Assembly (NCBI RefSeq): GCF_006345805.1
Contig: NC_043006.1
Span: 39,804,001-39,868,000 of the forward strand
Length of the DNA stretch: 64,000 nt
DNA from: Octopus sinensis
Lineage: Eukaryota
Direction: 5' to 3'
The notes beneath the pieces were generated by a model. It saw only the letters and a list, made by a program, of their open reading frames with translations. It searched no databases and was not told the DNA's origin. Of this stretch, positions 14,158 to 28,620 are shown piece by piece; position 1 is the first letter of the stretch, and every line of letters begins with the position of its first letter. The translations under genes and the position numbers were made by a program.

Positions 14158-14259
14158 TATATATATATAATATATATATGTGTGTGTATTATTTTATTTT
14201 ATTTTATTTTATCTAGTTTCAGATCACGCGCTGTGGCCATTCTGGGGCACCGCCATTTG

Positions 14260-14294
<35 letters not shown>

Positions 14295-15462
14295 GTATAT
14301 ATGTATGTACATACATATGTATGTATATATATATGTATGTATGTATATATCAGGAATTAGTTGAGGAATCAGTTTATTTATAATTCAGATGTATAATATG
14401 GCAATTTCCAGCGGAATTTAACGGAAATCACCTGTTTTAGGTGCGTTATGATCATGATGGAGCAGCTGCTCTCTGATGCTTCTTGAATGTGTTGGTTTGG
14501 GGTTTAAATCGATAGTCTGTGATCTTTGATTTATGCGTATTGAAGTTGTTCATCACGATTTTGCTTCAATGACGTGACTTAGACAATACCTCTTAAATCC
14601 ATTTAAGTAATAACTCCAACAATTTTAATATCCAGAATTATTCTTTCAGGTATTATCTACAATATTGCATTGTAGACAATGTGCTATATTGTTGAAGTAC
14701 ATTTCGATTCATAGTCACAGAGTTTTCGTACAAACTGAGACATGTATGCAAGTTTGTTTCTCTCTCTTATTGTATGTCTTTAGATGCTGGTAATGACGAT
14801 TTTAAAAGTGCTGCTGGTGATTCCCATATATCTTTATTAAATACTGAGCTGTGATTTCGTCACTGTTTTATGTATTACTGCATTATAAAGAAAAGACCTC
14901 TGTCGTTAGAAAGGAGGATTTCTACACTTAGACGTTGCCGTTTGGAGTGTAGACTGTCAAGGTTGTTTTTAGTTACAGTATCTTTCACACAATAGCTATA
15001 ATTGTGTGACATAAGAATGAAAGTTAACCAGAAAAAACAAGCTGATTTCAATATTATTGGTGTCGAAGTGATAATTGTGTGTTCGAAGTGTTGTTTTAGT
15101 AGAGATAAGTTTCCCGCTACCTTAGTGAGTAACTATATGCTGAACAGTGGATTAAACCAGGTTAAAGTTACATTTGTTGTGCTTCTATATTATGATGGGG
15201 GCTTTTATACATGTTCCTCACTGAATCTACTACAAGCAATTGCTATGATCTACTGAATCTACTAGTAGCAATTGCTACGATCAAGAACGCACGAACCTGC
15301 TACCGATGCCCCAGTAAAACCATAAGATATTCTCTTATTTTTGCTACACGATCCCGTGGGTGAGATCATAATTCATATGCATACATATATACACATGGCA
15401 TACATATATATCATATATATATATGTGTGCGTGTGTGTGTGTGTGGATTTGTGTGTGTATGT

Positions 15463-15565
<103 letters not shown>

Positions 15566-15798
15566 GAAAAAAGTCAAGATAGAAAATGCTAAAATAATTT
15601 TATAAAACACATTTCAGTACCGGTTTCAGTCATTGAGACTTTTCAACTATATGTACGGAAAACAATTAAATTTTGGAAAAATTAAAAGAAAAGATTTTTT
15701 AAAAGAATATTTGCATAGTGCTCAAATATAAGTGGCATTTTCCTTGTTTCTGCCTGTCTCTGTCTCTCTTGTTTACTCTTGTGGGTTCGATGTATATA

Positions 15799-15873
<75 letters not shown>

Positions 15874-16980
15874 GTGTATGTATGTATGTATGTATGTATG
15901 CATGTATGTATGTATGTATGTATGTATGTATATATGTATGTATGTATATATCAGGAATTAGTTGAGGAATCAGTTTATTTATAATTCAGATGTATAATAT
16001 GGCAATTTCCCGCGGAATTTAACGGAAATCACCTGTTTTAGGTGCGTTATGATCATGATATATGCACATACTCATGCATATGCATACCTGTATGTGGGAG
16101 ATAATATTTAAAACAGCAGTGTTCAGGTTTGTTCGATTATTAAGATTTTATATATATTTAATTTGTACTTAAACAAAAGAGGAAGTTTTGAATGCAGTAT
16201 TCTATAGCCCTAATCAAGAAGCACTTTCCAGCAAATTACATCAGCATATATTAGTCATTTGCTTTATTTTGTTTAATATAAACAATGCAAAAGTCAATAA
16301 TAACTGTACAAAAGTTATCGGTAGCATAACAGAAAGCAAATTCCGAATTCATTGACAATAATCTCTACGTAGTGAAATGGTATCTCAATAGTAATAAGTC
16401 TAGATTCTTAACAAAAAATACTTGGTGGAAAATAATTGCCTGTAAAGCAAATATAATATTTCAAGTGGTTCCGAAAGAATTATAGAGTAAACAGTATATG
16501 CAAAGCTGGCTTTAAATGCCATTTCTTTAACAAGAGTCAACTTTCTCGAAGGAGAAATGGAGAACACACGAATATCCAGAAAGTTGTGGCAGTGAACGAA
16601 CATCGTACGCTGACATAAACGAAATAAAGCAACTGCAGTCATGTAATGCTGGCGATTATATAACTTGATATCCAACCAGCAGATGCTTTAAGATAATATC
16701 GAAATGCCGACACAGGGAAAATTCTACCTAACAAATTACAACAGAGCAAGAATTGAAAAAAAAAAGCACATCAACCAATGGAAGATAACCTGTAAGCAAA
16801 ATAGTAACATTATGAAGCAAACAAGATAGCAGCATGACAAACAATACCGAACATTTTTTCAACAATTCTTCCTTGTTATAAAGAAGGTATATTTGGCACG
16901 AAATTTGAAGCCACGGAAGAAATAGGCAACTGTCTGTGGATGTGTACGGGCGTGTGTATATATATATATATATAATATAT

Positions 16981-17013
<33 letters not shown>

Positions 17014-17098
17014 GTATATACATACATACATATATATATATATGCATATACATATGCAAATATATATGTCTATAACTGTCTATAACTATGCATATGTG

Positions 17099-17129
<31 letters not shown>

Positions 17130-17227
17130 ATATATATGTATATATGTATATATGTATATGTATATATATATATATACATATATATATTATATATATTATA
17201 TATATATATATATATATATGTATATGT

Positions 17228-17332
<105 letters not shown>

Positions 17333-17994
17333 ATATATATATGTTACACAGAATATGCATTAAGTTATACATTATGTACAATGAGGTGGTATTATCTGAC
17401 GCTCCGATCAGTTTCACTGTGTGCGTGTGTCTGTGTGTGTGTCTGTGTGTGTGTCTCTGTGTCTGTGTCTGTGTCTGTGTCTGTGTCTGTGTGTATTGTG
17501 TCTATGTGCATTTCCGATGTATATACATGCGCAAGTATCTGTATATATATTTATGGGAACGTTTGTGCGTAATATAAAATATATGATATATCACGTGTAA
17601 CAGTAATGATTCATCTCTGTGCGAAAAGGAAGGAAAACAAACAATAATTTAGAGCAGACATTGTAAAACATTGGCAAGAATACTACACATAACATTTTAC
17701 TAGTCTTTTCCTGAATCACTACGACTCTCTTCGTTTCGCTTGATCGGCGAATAAACATTGACAAACTATAGCGGCTTCGCTGTTAAACTCTGCTATTGGC
17801 GTTGTATTTGTTGCGTGATTATATTTGGTATTATACGGGGTATTTTAATGGATGCAAAACATATACACAAGGATGCACACTTATTCCAGTAAGCATGTGC
17901 GTGTATATATGTCTCTGTTTGTGAGGCGTGTGTGTATATGCATGTATTTATATACGTGTGCGTGTGCGTGTGTGCGGGCGGGCGGGCGTGCACG

Positions 17995-18370
17995 CGCTTT
18001 AGAAATTATATATTGCGAGAAACCCTGGGCAAGTGTCTCCTAGTATAGCTTCGGGCCAACCAAAGCCTTGTGAGTGGATTTGATAGACGGAAACTGAAAG
18101 AAGCCCGTCATATATATATATGCATGTATGTATGTATGTATGGATGTATATGTTTATGTGTCTGTGTTTGCCCCCACCACACACACACAACACGGCTTGA
18201 CAACCGATACTGGTATATTTATGTCCTCGTAACTTAGCGGTTCGGCCTAACCGACCGATAGAATAAGTACTAGACTTACAAGGAATAAGTCCTGGGGTCG
18301 ATGTGTTCAACTAAAGGCAGTGCTCCAGCATGGCCGCACTCAAAATGACTGAAACGAATAAAAAGAAAAA
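17995..18370 (+). mobile_element. SINE family 2, 5'-truncated
   Basis: CTGGGCAAGTGTCTCCTAGTATAGC...GGCAGTGCTCCAGCATGGCCGCACTCAAAATGACTGAAAC. Confidence 0.85.
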
Positions 18371-18429
18371 TAAAGAATATATATATATATATATATTATA
18401 ATATATATATATATATATATATGTATGAT

Positions 18430-18826
18430 AATAACTTGCTCAGAAAGATACAATATGGTTTCCGTCCAGGGATGGGCTGCCTCACACAGGGATGACCTAT
18501 CTCACTCGACTTCATGATTGGGTGCTGAAAGAGCAGCTCAACCACTCAAATGCGGATATGATATATCTCGACTTCACCAAGATCTTTGACAAAGTCGATC
18601 AAGGCTTATATGTCACAACAAACAACGCGATCTTGGTATCACTGGAAAATTGGAAGAGTAGCTACACGACTTTTTAAAGGACAGAAGTCAGACAGTTGCA
18701 GCCAATGGGGAGAAATCAATCCGCAGCGGAGTTCCTCAGGCAACTGTACTGCAGCCACCAATGTTTGTAGTAGCTCTTTCAAGCATGCCTTCAGTCGTAA
18801 AGTCTGCCACTCTCACTAGATACACT
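18430..18826 (+). pseudogene. CR1/L2-like reverse transcriptase fragment
   Basis: QYGFRPGMGCLTQ, DMIYLDFTKIFDKVDQG, GITGKL, LHDFLKDRSQTVAANG, SGVPQATVL and SATLT are decayed RT subdomain motifs with stops and frameshifts. Confidence 0.8.
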
Positions 18827-19130
18827 AACTATGGTTTTGGTAGATACGTATTTCTGAGTTTTTATGATTCGTCAGTCGCAAGACTCTTTAACAGGCAGTT
18901 GCTAGTGGGCACTCTGTGTGAGTGTGCGTATGTTACTTAAGTGAAAGGAGTGTGTGTGTGCGCGTGCATGTGTGATGTGTGTGTGATGTGTGTGATGTGT
19001 GTATGTGTGCGTATGTGTGTTTTACTTGAGTGTATAGGTCGGTTCCAGAAGGAGAAAGAAAACTCAGTAAGTTGTTCAGAGAAAGAATAAAAAGAAAAGC
19101 TTTAGTAGCTAGCGTTCGATCATGGCGGCT

Positions 19131-19161
<31 letters not shown>

Positions 19162-19469
19162 ACTTTTGAATCACCCTGTATAATATATATATATATGCTC
19201 CCCACATCAGTTATGTCCAGGGCAGTTTTAGCAGCATCATATACCTCACTCTAACCTTAACCCCGGCTAAATCAGTGTAGCTGAGCCTTATAGTATTTAT
19301 TCATCGACAACTAGCTAGAACATACAATGACCAGGAATGGTCCCTAGCTCCCTAAAGCTCCCCAGAAAATCAATGCGGTGGGTCATATAGTATTTACCAA
19401 CATCGGTCAACCACATTAATAAATTATATTTGAGCCTCTAAACTCGTGACGCCTCAAAGCCGCCATGAT

Positions 19470-19655
19470 CGACTGCTCGTCACTACAGCTTTTTTGATAC
19501 TCGCTCTGTTTATTTTCTCTATTGAAAAGGGTCGGCTGGAAAAGTAAAAGACTTCTTCTCACCTTCCCGAACGTTGAACTAATGCACCTGTTTGTTGCTT
19601 ATACACCTGTCTTTCTCTTTTTTTTTTTGTTTTGTAAATTCCAACTATATATATA
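19470..19655 (+). mobile_element. Dispersed repeat carrying a decayed hammerhead-like motif (same family as 46870-47045, opposite strand)
   Basis: Reverse complement aligns with 46870-47045 (TAGTTG.AATTTACA...GGAAGGTGAGAA..AGTCTTTTAC.TTTC.AGCC.AC.CT.TTCAATAG). Confidence 0.6.
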
Positions 19656-19933
19656 TTTATATATATATATATATGTAGCGTGAGGCAGACATTTGTGCTT
19701 CCAATGATATTTGACTGATGTCAAAACATGCACCCGGCACCATTGTATTTATTTCCTGACAGCAAAACAGAACATACATAATTCATAATTGGGTCCCTTA
19801 ACCAGTGAAGCCCCGAGGTAACTTATGTCACCCACGCTTCGAGAAGAGATTTTAAAATATATTCTTAAAAATACTAAATTTTAACTAAAAAGTGAAAAGA
19901 GGAAGATCTGTTCCAGAAGTTCATGTTAATCAG

Positions 19934-20308
19934 AACAAGAGCACTCAGAGAGCGCAAACCTCCGCAAAGACACCAACGTCCTCTCAACGATTAGCCGGAG
20001 ATGATTTTTAAAATGGGAATATCTGAAATAAACTCGACTGCTCTCACAAACGAGAACACTAAAAATAAATTCGACCGCTTTCAAAATTAAGTAAAAAAAA
20101 AAAAACGAGCAAAACAGTACAGAATCCTTCTCCGGTACTGGATCGATTCCAAAATCTAATCAGTTCGTGCCAGTCACGAGGCCAAACATCCCGGAAAGTT
20201 TCATCCGAATCCATCAAGCGGTTCTAGAGAGATTTTGTCCACGGATAATCAAGCAAACAAACAAACACGACTGGAAACAGTACCTCCGTCTTTGCTAAGG
20301 CGGACGTA
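19934..20308 (+). mobile_element. Non-autonomous Helentron/HINE-like element
   Basis: Starts AACAAGAGCACTCAGAGAGCGCAAACCTCCGC, has a short (CAAA)n near the 3' end and a terminal hairpin CCTCCGTC...GGCGGACG. This architecture resembles DINE-1/pearl-type elements. Confidence 0.55.
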
Positions 20309-20982
20309 GGGAAGAAAATAGAAATATGTTGGTCCTCTCCCCATAAGGAATTTACTGATAAACGTCCGTATAATTTTGCCACAATACCAGGAATTTGAGT
20401 TGGGTGTCTCAGTAGATTACATCGAGTCCAGTGCAAGGTAGGCCTCGACGGAATGTGAACTTCGAATGTAATGAATGGGAAGAAAATACCATTAAGCATT
20501 TTGTCTGACGCACTAAAGATTGTGCTAGCCTCCACAGTTTATTTACTGATACAGTGGAATGAAATTACATGCGTGTGTTTGATTCCTCCGAAATCTCACA
20601 ACTATGTCATAACAAAGTCACTTTTATATTACAAAGAAGAATGAATAAAAACCATCAAACTAAGAATGGTAGTCTCTGAGTGAATATCGGCATGGAATTT
20701 CTAATTTAATAAGCGCCGCCATCATTCAAACACTAGTACGTACCATTACACACTTACATAAACAGACTAACACATATATACGGCTATACATACTCGAATA
20801 CAAGCACAAACAAATATTATATGTATATATGTACGTATATGGGAACAATACGTAATAATACTAGTAATAAAAACAAACAGCTAAAAAACAAAGAAAACAG
20901 AGAACTGAAATCAAGTATAGATAGAAAAAACGTAAATTCGGAGAGAAGATAAAAGCAAACGCCAAATATATTAGAGAAAGAC

Positions 20983-21056
<74 letters not shown>

Positions 21057-21177
21057 GTGTTTGTGTGACTATGTATGTACATAAATATATCACTATTTAT
21101 ATGAGTATATGTGTGTCATTGTGTGTGTGGGTCTGTATGTCGGTGTCTATATCACCGAGATTATGTGCGTGTGTGTA

Positions 21178-21214
<37 letters not shown>

Positions 21215-21436
21215 GTGTGTGTGAGTGTGTGCGTACAGCAAACTGATTTATAATTAATGATATAAAACAAGAGCCGTAAAATTTGCGAACTACACAATGT
21301 CATTGTAATTGAGAATCGCAGAGAAAATAAAAGTATGGAAAAATTATACATATATACGTACGAACATACATGCATACATACATCCATACAGGCGTACAAA
21401 CATATGCTACAAATGATCACGATATCTGGGACCTTC

Positions 21437-21467
<31 letters not shown>

Positions 21468-21543
21468 AATACATACATACATACATTCATACATGTGCAT
21501 ATGTACATACGTATGTACGTACATATGTGCATATGTACATCCG

Positions 21544-21613
<70 letters not shown>

Positions 21614-21800
21614 TATATTCATGCATAATACATGCATTATATATACACATGTATATATAATATGTATTCGGATATATCTATATCTATCTGTCTATCTCTC
21701 TATATATATTACATGTATATACATACATATATATGTATATATATATATATACATACATATACATATATATACATATATACATATACATATATATACATGC

Positions 21801-21894
<94 letters not shown>

Positions 21895-22363
21895 TCACAC
21901 ATTAAGACAATGCGACAAAGACAGAGACAGAAAGACAAAGAGAAAAAGAGAGGAAGGCAGAGAAGGGAAACGCACAGAGAGAGAGAGAGAGAGAAAGAGG
22001 GAAAGTGGAGAAGATAGATAAGAGGGAGGGTGACTTTTAAAATAGGTAGAAGCATCGAGCATTGCAACAACAATGGCAAACACCAGGAATTGAAAAAGAA
22101 AAAGAGAAAAATTGAAAACAAAAAAAAAATAAATAAATAAATAAAAATAGGAAAATATAAAAAATAAACTAAAACAAAATTATGAACAATAAGTGAAAGC
22201 AACCAATAGGAAGCAGCATCGAGAATTTGGCGAGGAGATTAAAATATCTCTGTTGGCTCATAGCGAGGATCAAGAATATGATGTAGAATTCTTTATTACA
22301 TCATAAAACACACACATCCAGCGTACTCACGCATGTATACATAGATGTCTGTATGAAGGTACG

Positions 22364-22397
<34 letters not shown>

Positions 22398-22563
22398 ACA
22401 TGAATGTGTGCATATATATAAGTGTGTGTGCGTGCGTATTAATATGTGGTTGTATATAGAAATGTATATAAATTTTAATAAATGTACGCATATGTATGCT
22501 TATACGAATATATGTGTGTACGAATATATACGAATATATGTATGCAAAGCAGCATGTAATTTA

Positions 22564-22639
<76 letters not shown>

Positions 22640-22844
22640 ACACCTCATTGAAAAGGAAACGGAACAAGTACAAAATCACATTCAAACCTATATTGCTGCA
22701 AAAGCGTATACATTTAAACATACATATGTATATGTTTATATAGGTGTGGTATGTGCGCGTATTTACATATGTAACATACATTTAAGAAACGTATTATAAA
22801 CAGATACACACATGTTCGCGTACACACACACATATATATGTATA

Positions 22845-22892
<48 letters not shown>

Positions 22893-23153
22893 TATATATA
22901 TATTATATATATACATGCACACACACAGATATGTATGCCTACGTGTCTATCTATGTAAGTAAATACGTATAACTCTACATATAAATTCAAGCATACGTAC
23001 ATATATTATATATAAAACGACGTAGAAATTCGAAACAAGATTGTAAAGCAGAGAATGTGAACCATAAATTTTGAAGCAATGTATAATTAGCCATAAAATT
23101 ATAAGAAATAAATAATTGTGTCTATTGATTAATCGATGACAAGCTGCAGTCTA

Positions 23154-23230
<77 letters not shown>

Positions 23231-23360
23231 TACATACATATATACATACATATATATATATATATACATATATATATACACAATATTTCTGTGAGATTAA
23301 GTGTACTACTACTACTACTAGATATACATATATATAATGTAAAAAATATAGGTATATAAG

Positions 23361-23391
<31 letters not shown>

Positions 23392-23464
23392 ATATATATA
23401 TATATGTATACATATTTATATGTATACATATATATATGTATACATATATGTATGTATACAGATA

Positions 23465-23500
<36 letters not shown>

Positions 23501-23517
23501 TGTATGTATGTATGTAT

Positions 23518-24645
23518 GTTGGTCGACTGGGAAAGTGGCTGCATGATTCCTTGATCGGCTGTTATCTGTTACGGCAAATGGTGTTCTCTGTGAAATGACA
23601 CTAATCATCTGCGGAGTCCCGTAGGGAACATTGCTGGGACCACTACTGTTTGTCGTTGCCCTCTCGGACATGTCCCCAGCCATAGCGTCAGCCACACTGA
23701 CCAGCTACCTCAATGATACAAAAGTATCTCAGGTGATCAAGGATCCTACTGACATCCTTAGAGTGCAGAATGACCTGAACGCAATATATAAATGGGCAGA
23801 TGAGAATAATATGCTGTTCAATGCCGCAAAATTTCAAGCACTCTGTTATCAGCCCACAAACAAACTATAGCTGAACTGCACGGTAGCAGCAGGCAATGTA
23901 ATCTCAGAGTTAGAGTCAGTGCGTGACCTGGGAACTTTCCATGTGCACATTGATCAGATGACAACACTATGCAGGCGGGTGGCAGGCTGGATACTTAGAT
24001 CCTTCGGGACCAGGAACAGACACACAATGCTTCTGCTTTGGAGAACCTTTGTCCTTAGTCGTCTGGAATACTGCTCCCAAATCTGGTCCCCCGCAGAGTA
24101 TAAAACGAGGCGATCCAACGCCATTACACAAAGACGATAGACTCGGTAAAACACATGGGCTACTGGGAGAGGTTGAAGGAACTGGGACTCTAGTCCCTGC
24201 AGAGGAAATGCCAGAGGTATGTAGTACTATGCATAAGGAAAATAATGGAGGATCTAACTCCAAATCTCGGAACCGAAAACTACAACAATTCTCGAACTGG
24301 TCTGCACTGCACAGTACCAAAGGTCCTATCTCCTCCATCGAGGATACGAACCCAATATTGTAATAGCTTGGGATTCAAGGGACAACAACTTTTTAATGCT
24401 CTACCATAGAACATCAGAGATTTGCATGGTGTAGACATGGAAGTCTTCAAAAAACGTATAGACAGTTTTTTATCTGCAATTCCGGATGAACCCACGTCGC
24501 AGCTGGAGGCACAATGAGCGGCAACTTCCAACTCGCTACTTCACCAAAAGCAATACTGGAAAAATCCTCGGATGTAGTAATGGCGGTGCACCAGCATGGC
24601 CTCTGCCTCTGGCTGAAACCCATAAAAGCATAAAAGATAAAAGAA
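23518..24645 (+). mobile_element. CR1/L2-like LINE, 5'-truncated, RT plus 3' tail
   Basis: [21 protein letters not shown] (YADD-equivalent), QNDLNAIYKWADENNMLFNAAKF, RDLG, SRLEYCSQIWSP, GYWERLKELGL*SLQR, FNALP and IPDEP. Tail GGCGGTGCACCAGCATGGCC...GAAAC followed by TAAAAG-type repeats. Confidence 0.88.
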
Positions 24646-24685
24646 TAGAATACACACACAGATATACACTAACTAGAATATAACG

Positions 24686-24686
<1 letters not shown>

Positions 24687-24728
<42 letters not shown>

Positions 24729-24737
24729 AAGCAGCGA

Positions 24738-24807
<70 letters not shown>
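24687..24807. repeat. (AGT)n microsatellite
   Basis: Near-perfect GTA repeat with one interruption. Confidence 0.95.
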
Positions 24808-24808
<1 letters not shown>

Positions 24809-25780
24809 CACTTAATCTCGCAGAAACGCACTACCGTTAAAATAAACATTTATATCTGTAAAAAAAAAGACAGCAGCAACAACAACAATAACAGTGACAG
24901 TAACAGCAAAAACAAGAAAAAACAACAACCACAAAAAATGTAGACAACAACAGCAACAACAACCATAAAAACAACACCAGCAACAGCATCAAGAAGAGCT
25001 GACGCTATGTAGACAGATATGAAAACAAATGTTTATAGCTAAAGAAGCAAAAAAAAAGAAATGATAAAACAATTTTGCGTTTGCTTGTGTTGCTAGCAAC
25101 AGAAAAATTTCGGTTACATACATACAGGCTGAAAAGACATCTACTTGACAAAATTCTGTAACCATGAAAATGCATATCTGTCGGACGATTATATCCAAGA
25201 GAAAAATAATTACAAACTGAAGCAATACCGAATGTAGAACAAATTTTGTGAAGCCTTCACAAGAACTATTAAAGGTGAGCACTGGCCTCTGTATTATAGA
25301 AGCATTTGTGTTGATGTTTTTATTTTGAAATGAAATAGGAACGAAGCGATATGTCGAGTTAATACGCCGCACCTACGCCAAATCACAGATGCTGCAGTAC
25401 ATAAGCTGACAAATTATGAGGTCCATAGTTAAAGGTTTTGACAACAGAAACTCATTTTAACCAGTATTGGCGAGCTTACAATTACTACGTGGTGTAGTAG
25501 CACTTGTCAGGGTCCCGATTATGGCTTAATTTGAATGTCAAAGAATTATCTATGGAAGTAATTAACAGTCATAATTAAGACAAAAACCCCACAACGGACC
25601 CAGGGTTTTTCAGCTCTTTAGTAGGTCATCTAAGAGGAAGTGACTCCATGCCGAGCCTCCATTTTGGATTTGGGATGCTTGTTGCTCCAGACCATAAGTT
25701 TAAAGGACAAGAAAGTAGGACTGGCGTTCCTCTAGCCAGTCCTACTTTCCACTAGCCAGTCCACTATTCTTTTAATGTTC

Positions 25781-26745
<965 letters not shown>

Positions 26746-27249
26746 TAAAAATGAACCTCTAATACCTTATGGTGTAATTTAATACGTGTTTTAAAAAATC
26801 AAGGGAGTAAACCTTTACAAAGTATCATGATATGTATAGTTATACTTAACCAGTACTAGGTGTCCAATGTGGGTCCATGGATGCGACGAATGTCTTGATC
26901 TGTTGTCCTTCATGGCGTATCCATGAGAGGAGAGGGTGTGGTAAGTATAGTATTTGGATCTAAGAGCTTGCTTCTGTAATCAGATCAGGCAAAGCAGAAA
27001 CGCGATTAAATTACTCTGCGATGCTGTCCAACAACGAAAAATGGTAGTCGTATTTGTAGAGGTTCTCCATTTATTTGGATATATATACTCGTACATAAGA
27101 ATTGATATAGCGATTAGACGACATTTCTTTTCCAGGTCATTTATCATTATTTTCGTTATTATTGCTATTACGTCTTGAACTGCCTTAATTCTGGCAAATG
27201 CGGTCTTTCTCGGGATATTTTCTCCATTTACTTTCCAGATATATTTTCG

Positions 27250-28200
27250 TGTGTAATAATGGCTACACCGCAAAACATTTCGCCTAGCGTGCTAACGATT
27301 CTTCAAACTCGCTGCCCTTTAAATATTCTTTTGTACTCTAGGCACAAGGCCCCAAATTTTGGGGAAGGGGGCCAGTCGATTAGATCGACCCCAGTATGCA
27401 ACTGGTACTTAATTTATCAACCCCAAAGGGATGAAAGGCAAAGTCGACCTCGGTGGATTTTGAACTCAGAACGTAACGGCAGACGAAATACCGCTAAGCA
27501 TTTTGCCCGGCATCCTAACGATTCTGCCATCTGTCTATCTGCCTATCTCTCTATTTATCTTATTTCTTTACTGCCCACAAGGGGCTACACACAGAGGAGA
27601 CAAACAAGGACAGACAAAGGGATTAAGTCGATTATATCGACCCCAGTGCGTAACTGGTACTCATTTAATCGACCCCGAAAGGATGAAAAGCAAACTCGAC
27701 CTCGGCGGATTTTGAACTCAGAACGTAACGGCAGACGAAATACCTATTTCTTTACTACCCACAAGGGGCTAAACACAGAGAGGACAAACAAGGACAGACA
27801 AACAGATTAAGACGATTACATCGACCCCAGTGCGTAACTGGTACTTAATTTATCGATCCCGAAAGGATGAAAGGCAAAGTCGACCCCGGCGGAATTTGAA
27901 TTTAGAACGTAACGGCAGACGAAATACCGCTAAGCATTTCGCACGGCGTGCTAACGATTTTTCCAACTCGCTGACCTTTAAATATTCTTTTTTACTCTAG
28001 GCACAAGGCCCAAAATTTTAGGGTGAGGAGGCCAGTCGATTATATTGACCCCAATATGCAACTGGTACTTAATTTATCGACCCCGAAGGGATGAAAGGCA
28101 AAGTCGACCTCAGCGGATTTTGAACTCAGAACGTAACGGCGGACGAAATACAGCTAAGCATTTCGCCCGGCGTGCTAACGATTCTTCCAGCTCACCGCCC
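27250..28200 (-). mobile_element. Head-to-tail cluster of about five SINE family 1 copies
   Basis: Repeated GTCGACCTCGGCGGAATTTGAACTCAGAACGTAACGGCAGACGAAATACC blocks near 27440, 27700, 27885 and 28100, plus a head fragment at 27250-27320. Both tail subtypes are present. Confidence 0.9.
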
Positions 28201-28204
28201 TCGC

Positions 28205-28620
28205 ACATTGGTGCAGGCGTTGCTGTGCATTTAAGAAGCTCGCTTTACTGCCATGTACTTTCGATTTCGGTCTCACTGCTTGGCACCTTCCGCAAATGTC
28301 CCCGGTTCAACCAGTGCCTTCTGAATGAAACCAGTTGACGAAAACAGAAAGAAGCCCGCTGAGTATATGTGTGTTTGTGTGCGTGCGTGCGTGTGTGTCT
28401 GTGTATGTGTGGTACGTGTATGTGACTTTGTATTTGTTTCTCTACCACGCTTGAAAACAGGTGTTTGTTACTTTACGTCTCTACAACTTAGAAATTCACC
28501 GAAAGAGACTGATAGAATTAGCACCAGATTTAAAAATAAGCACTGGGGTAAATTTCATCAACTAAAACCATCAAAGCAGTGCTCCAGCTTGGCCGCAGGC
28601 CAGTGACTGAAATAAGTAAA
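28205..28620 (+). mobile_element. SINE family 2, old diverged copy
   Basis: GGTGCAGGCGTTGCTGTGCATTTAAGAAGC head and CAGTGCTCCAGCTTGGCCGCAGGCCAGTGACTGAAA tail. Confidence 0.75.

Noticed and set aside
14080-14180. Single AA or TT phase flips within long (AT)n runs throughout the window
   Set aside because: These cannot be distinguished from sequencing or consensus error in low-complexity tracts without raw reads.
19166-19192. ACTTTTGAATCACCCTGTA, a Tc1/mariner-like TIR end
   Set aside because: It is an isolated end between microsatellites, and I found no partner TIR or body.
27175-27810. 211-aa ORF, the longest complex ORF in the track
   Set aside because: It is read through stacked antisense SINE family 1 copies, and the same peptide (DERQSRPRRILNSERNGRRNT) recurs at other SINE copies.
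27330-28200. Regularly recurring blocks that could suggest a CRISPR-like array
   Set aside because: The units are about 200-bp SINEs with no unique spacers, the context is eukaryotic, and there are no cas genes.
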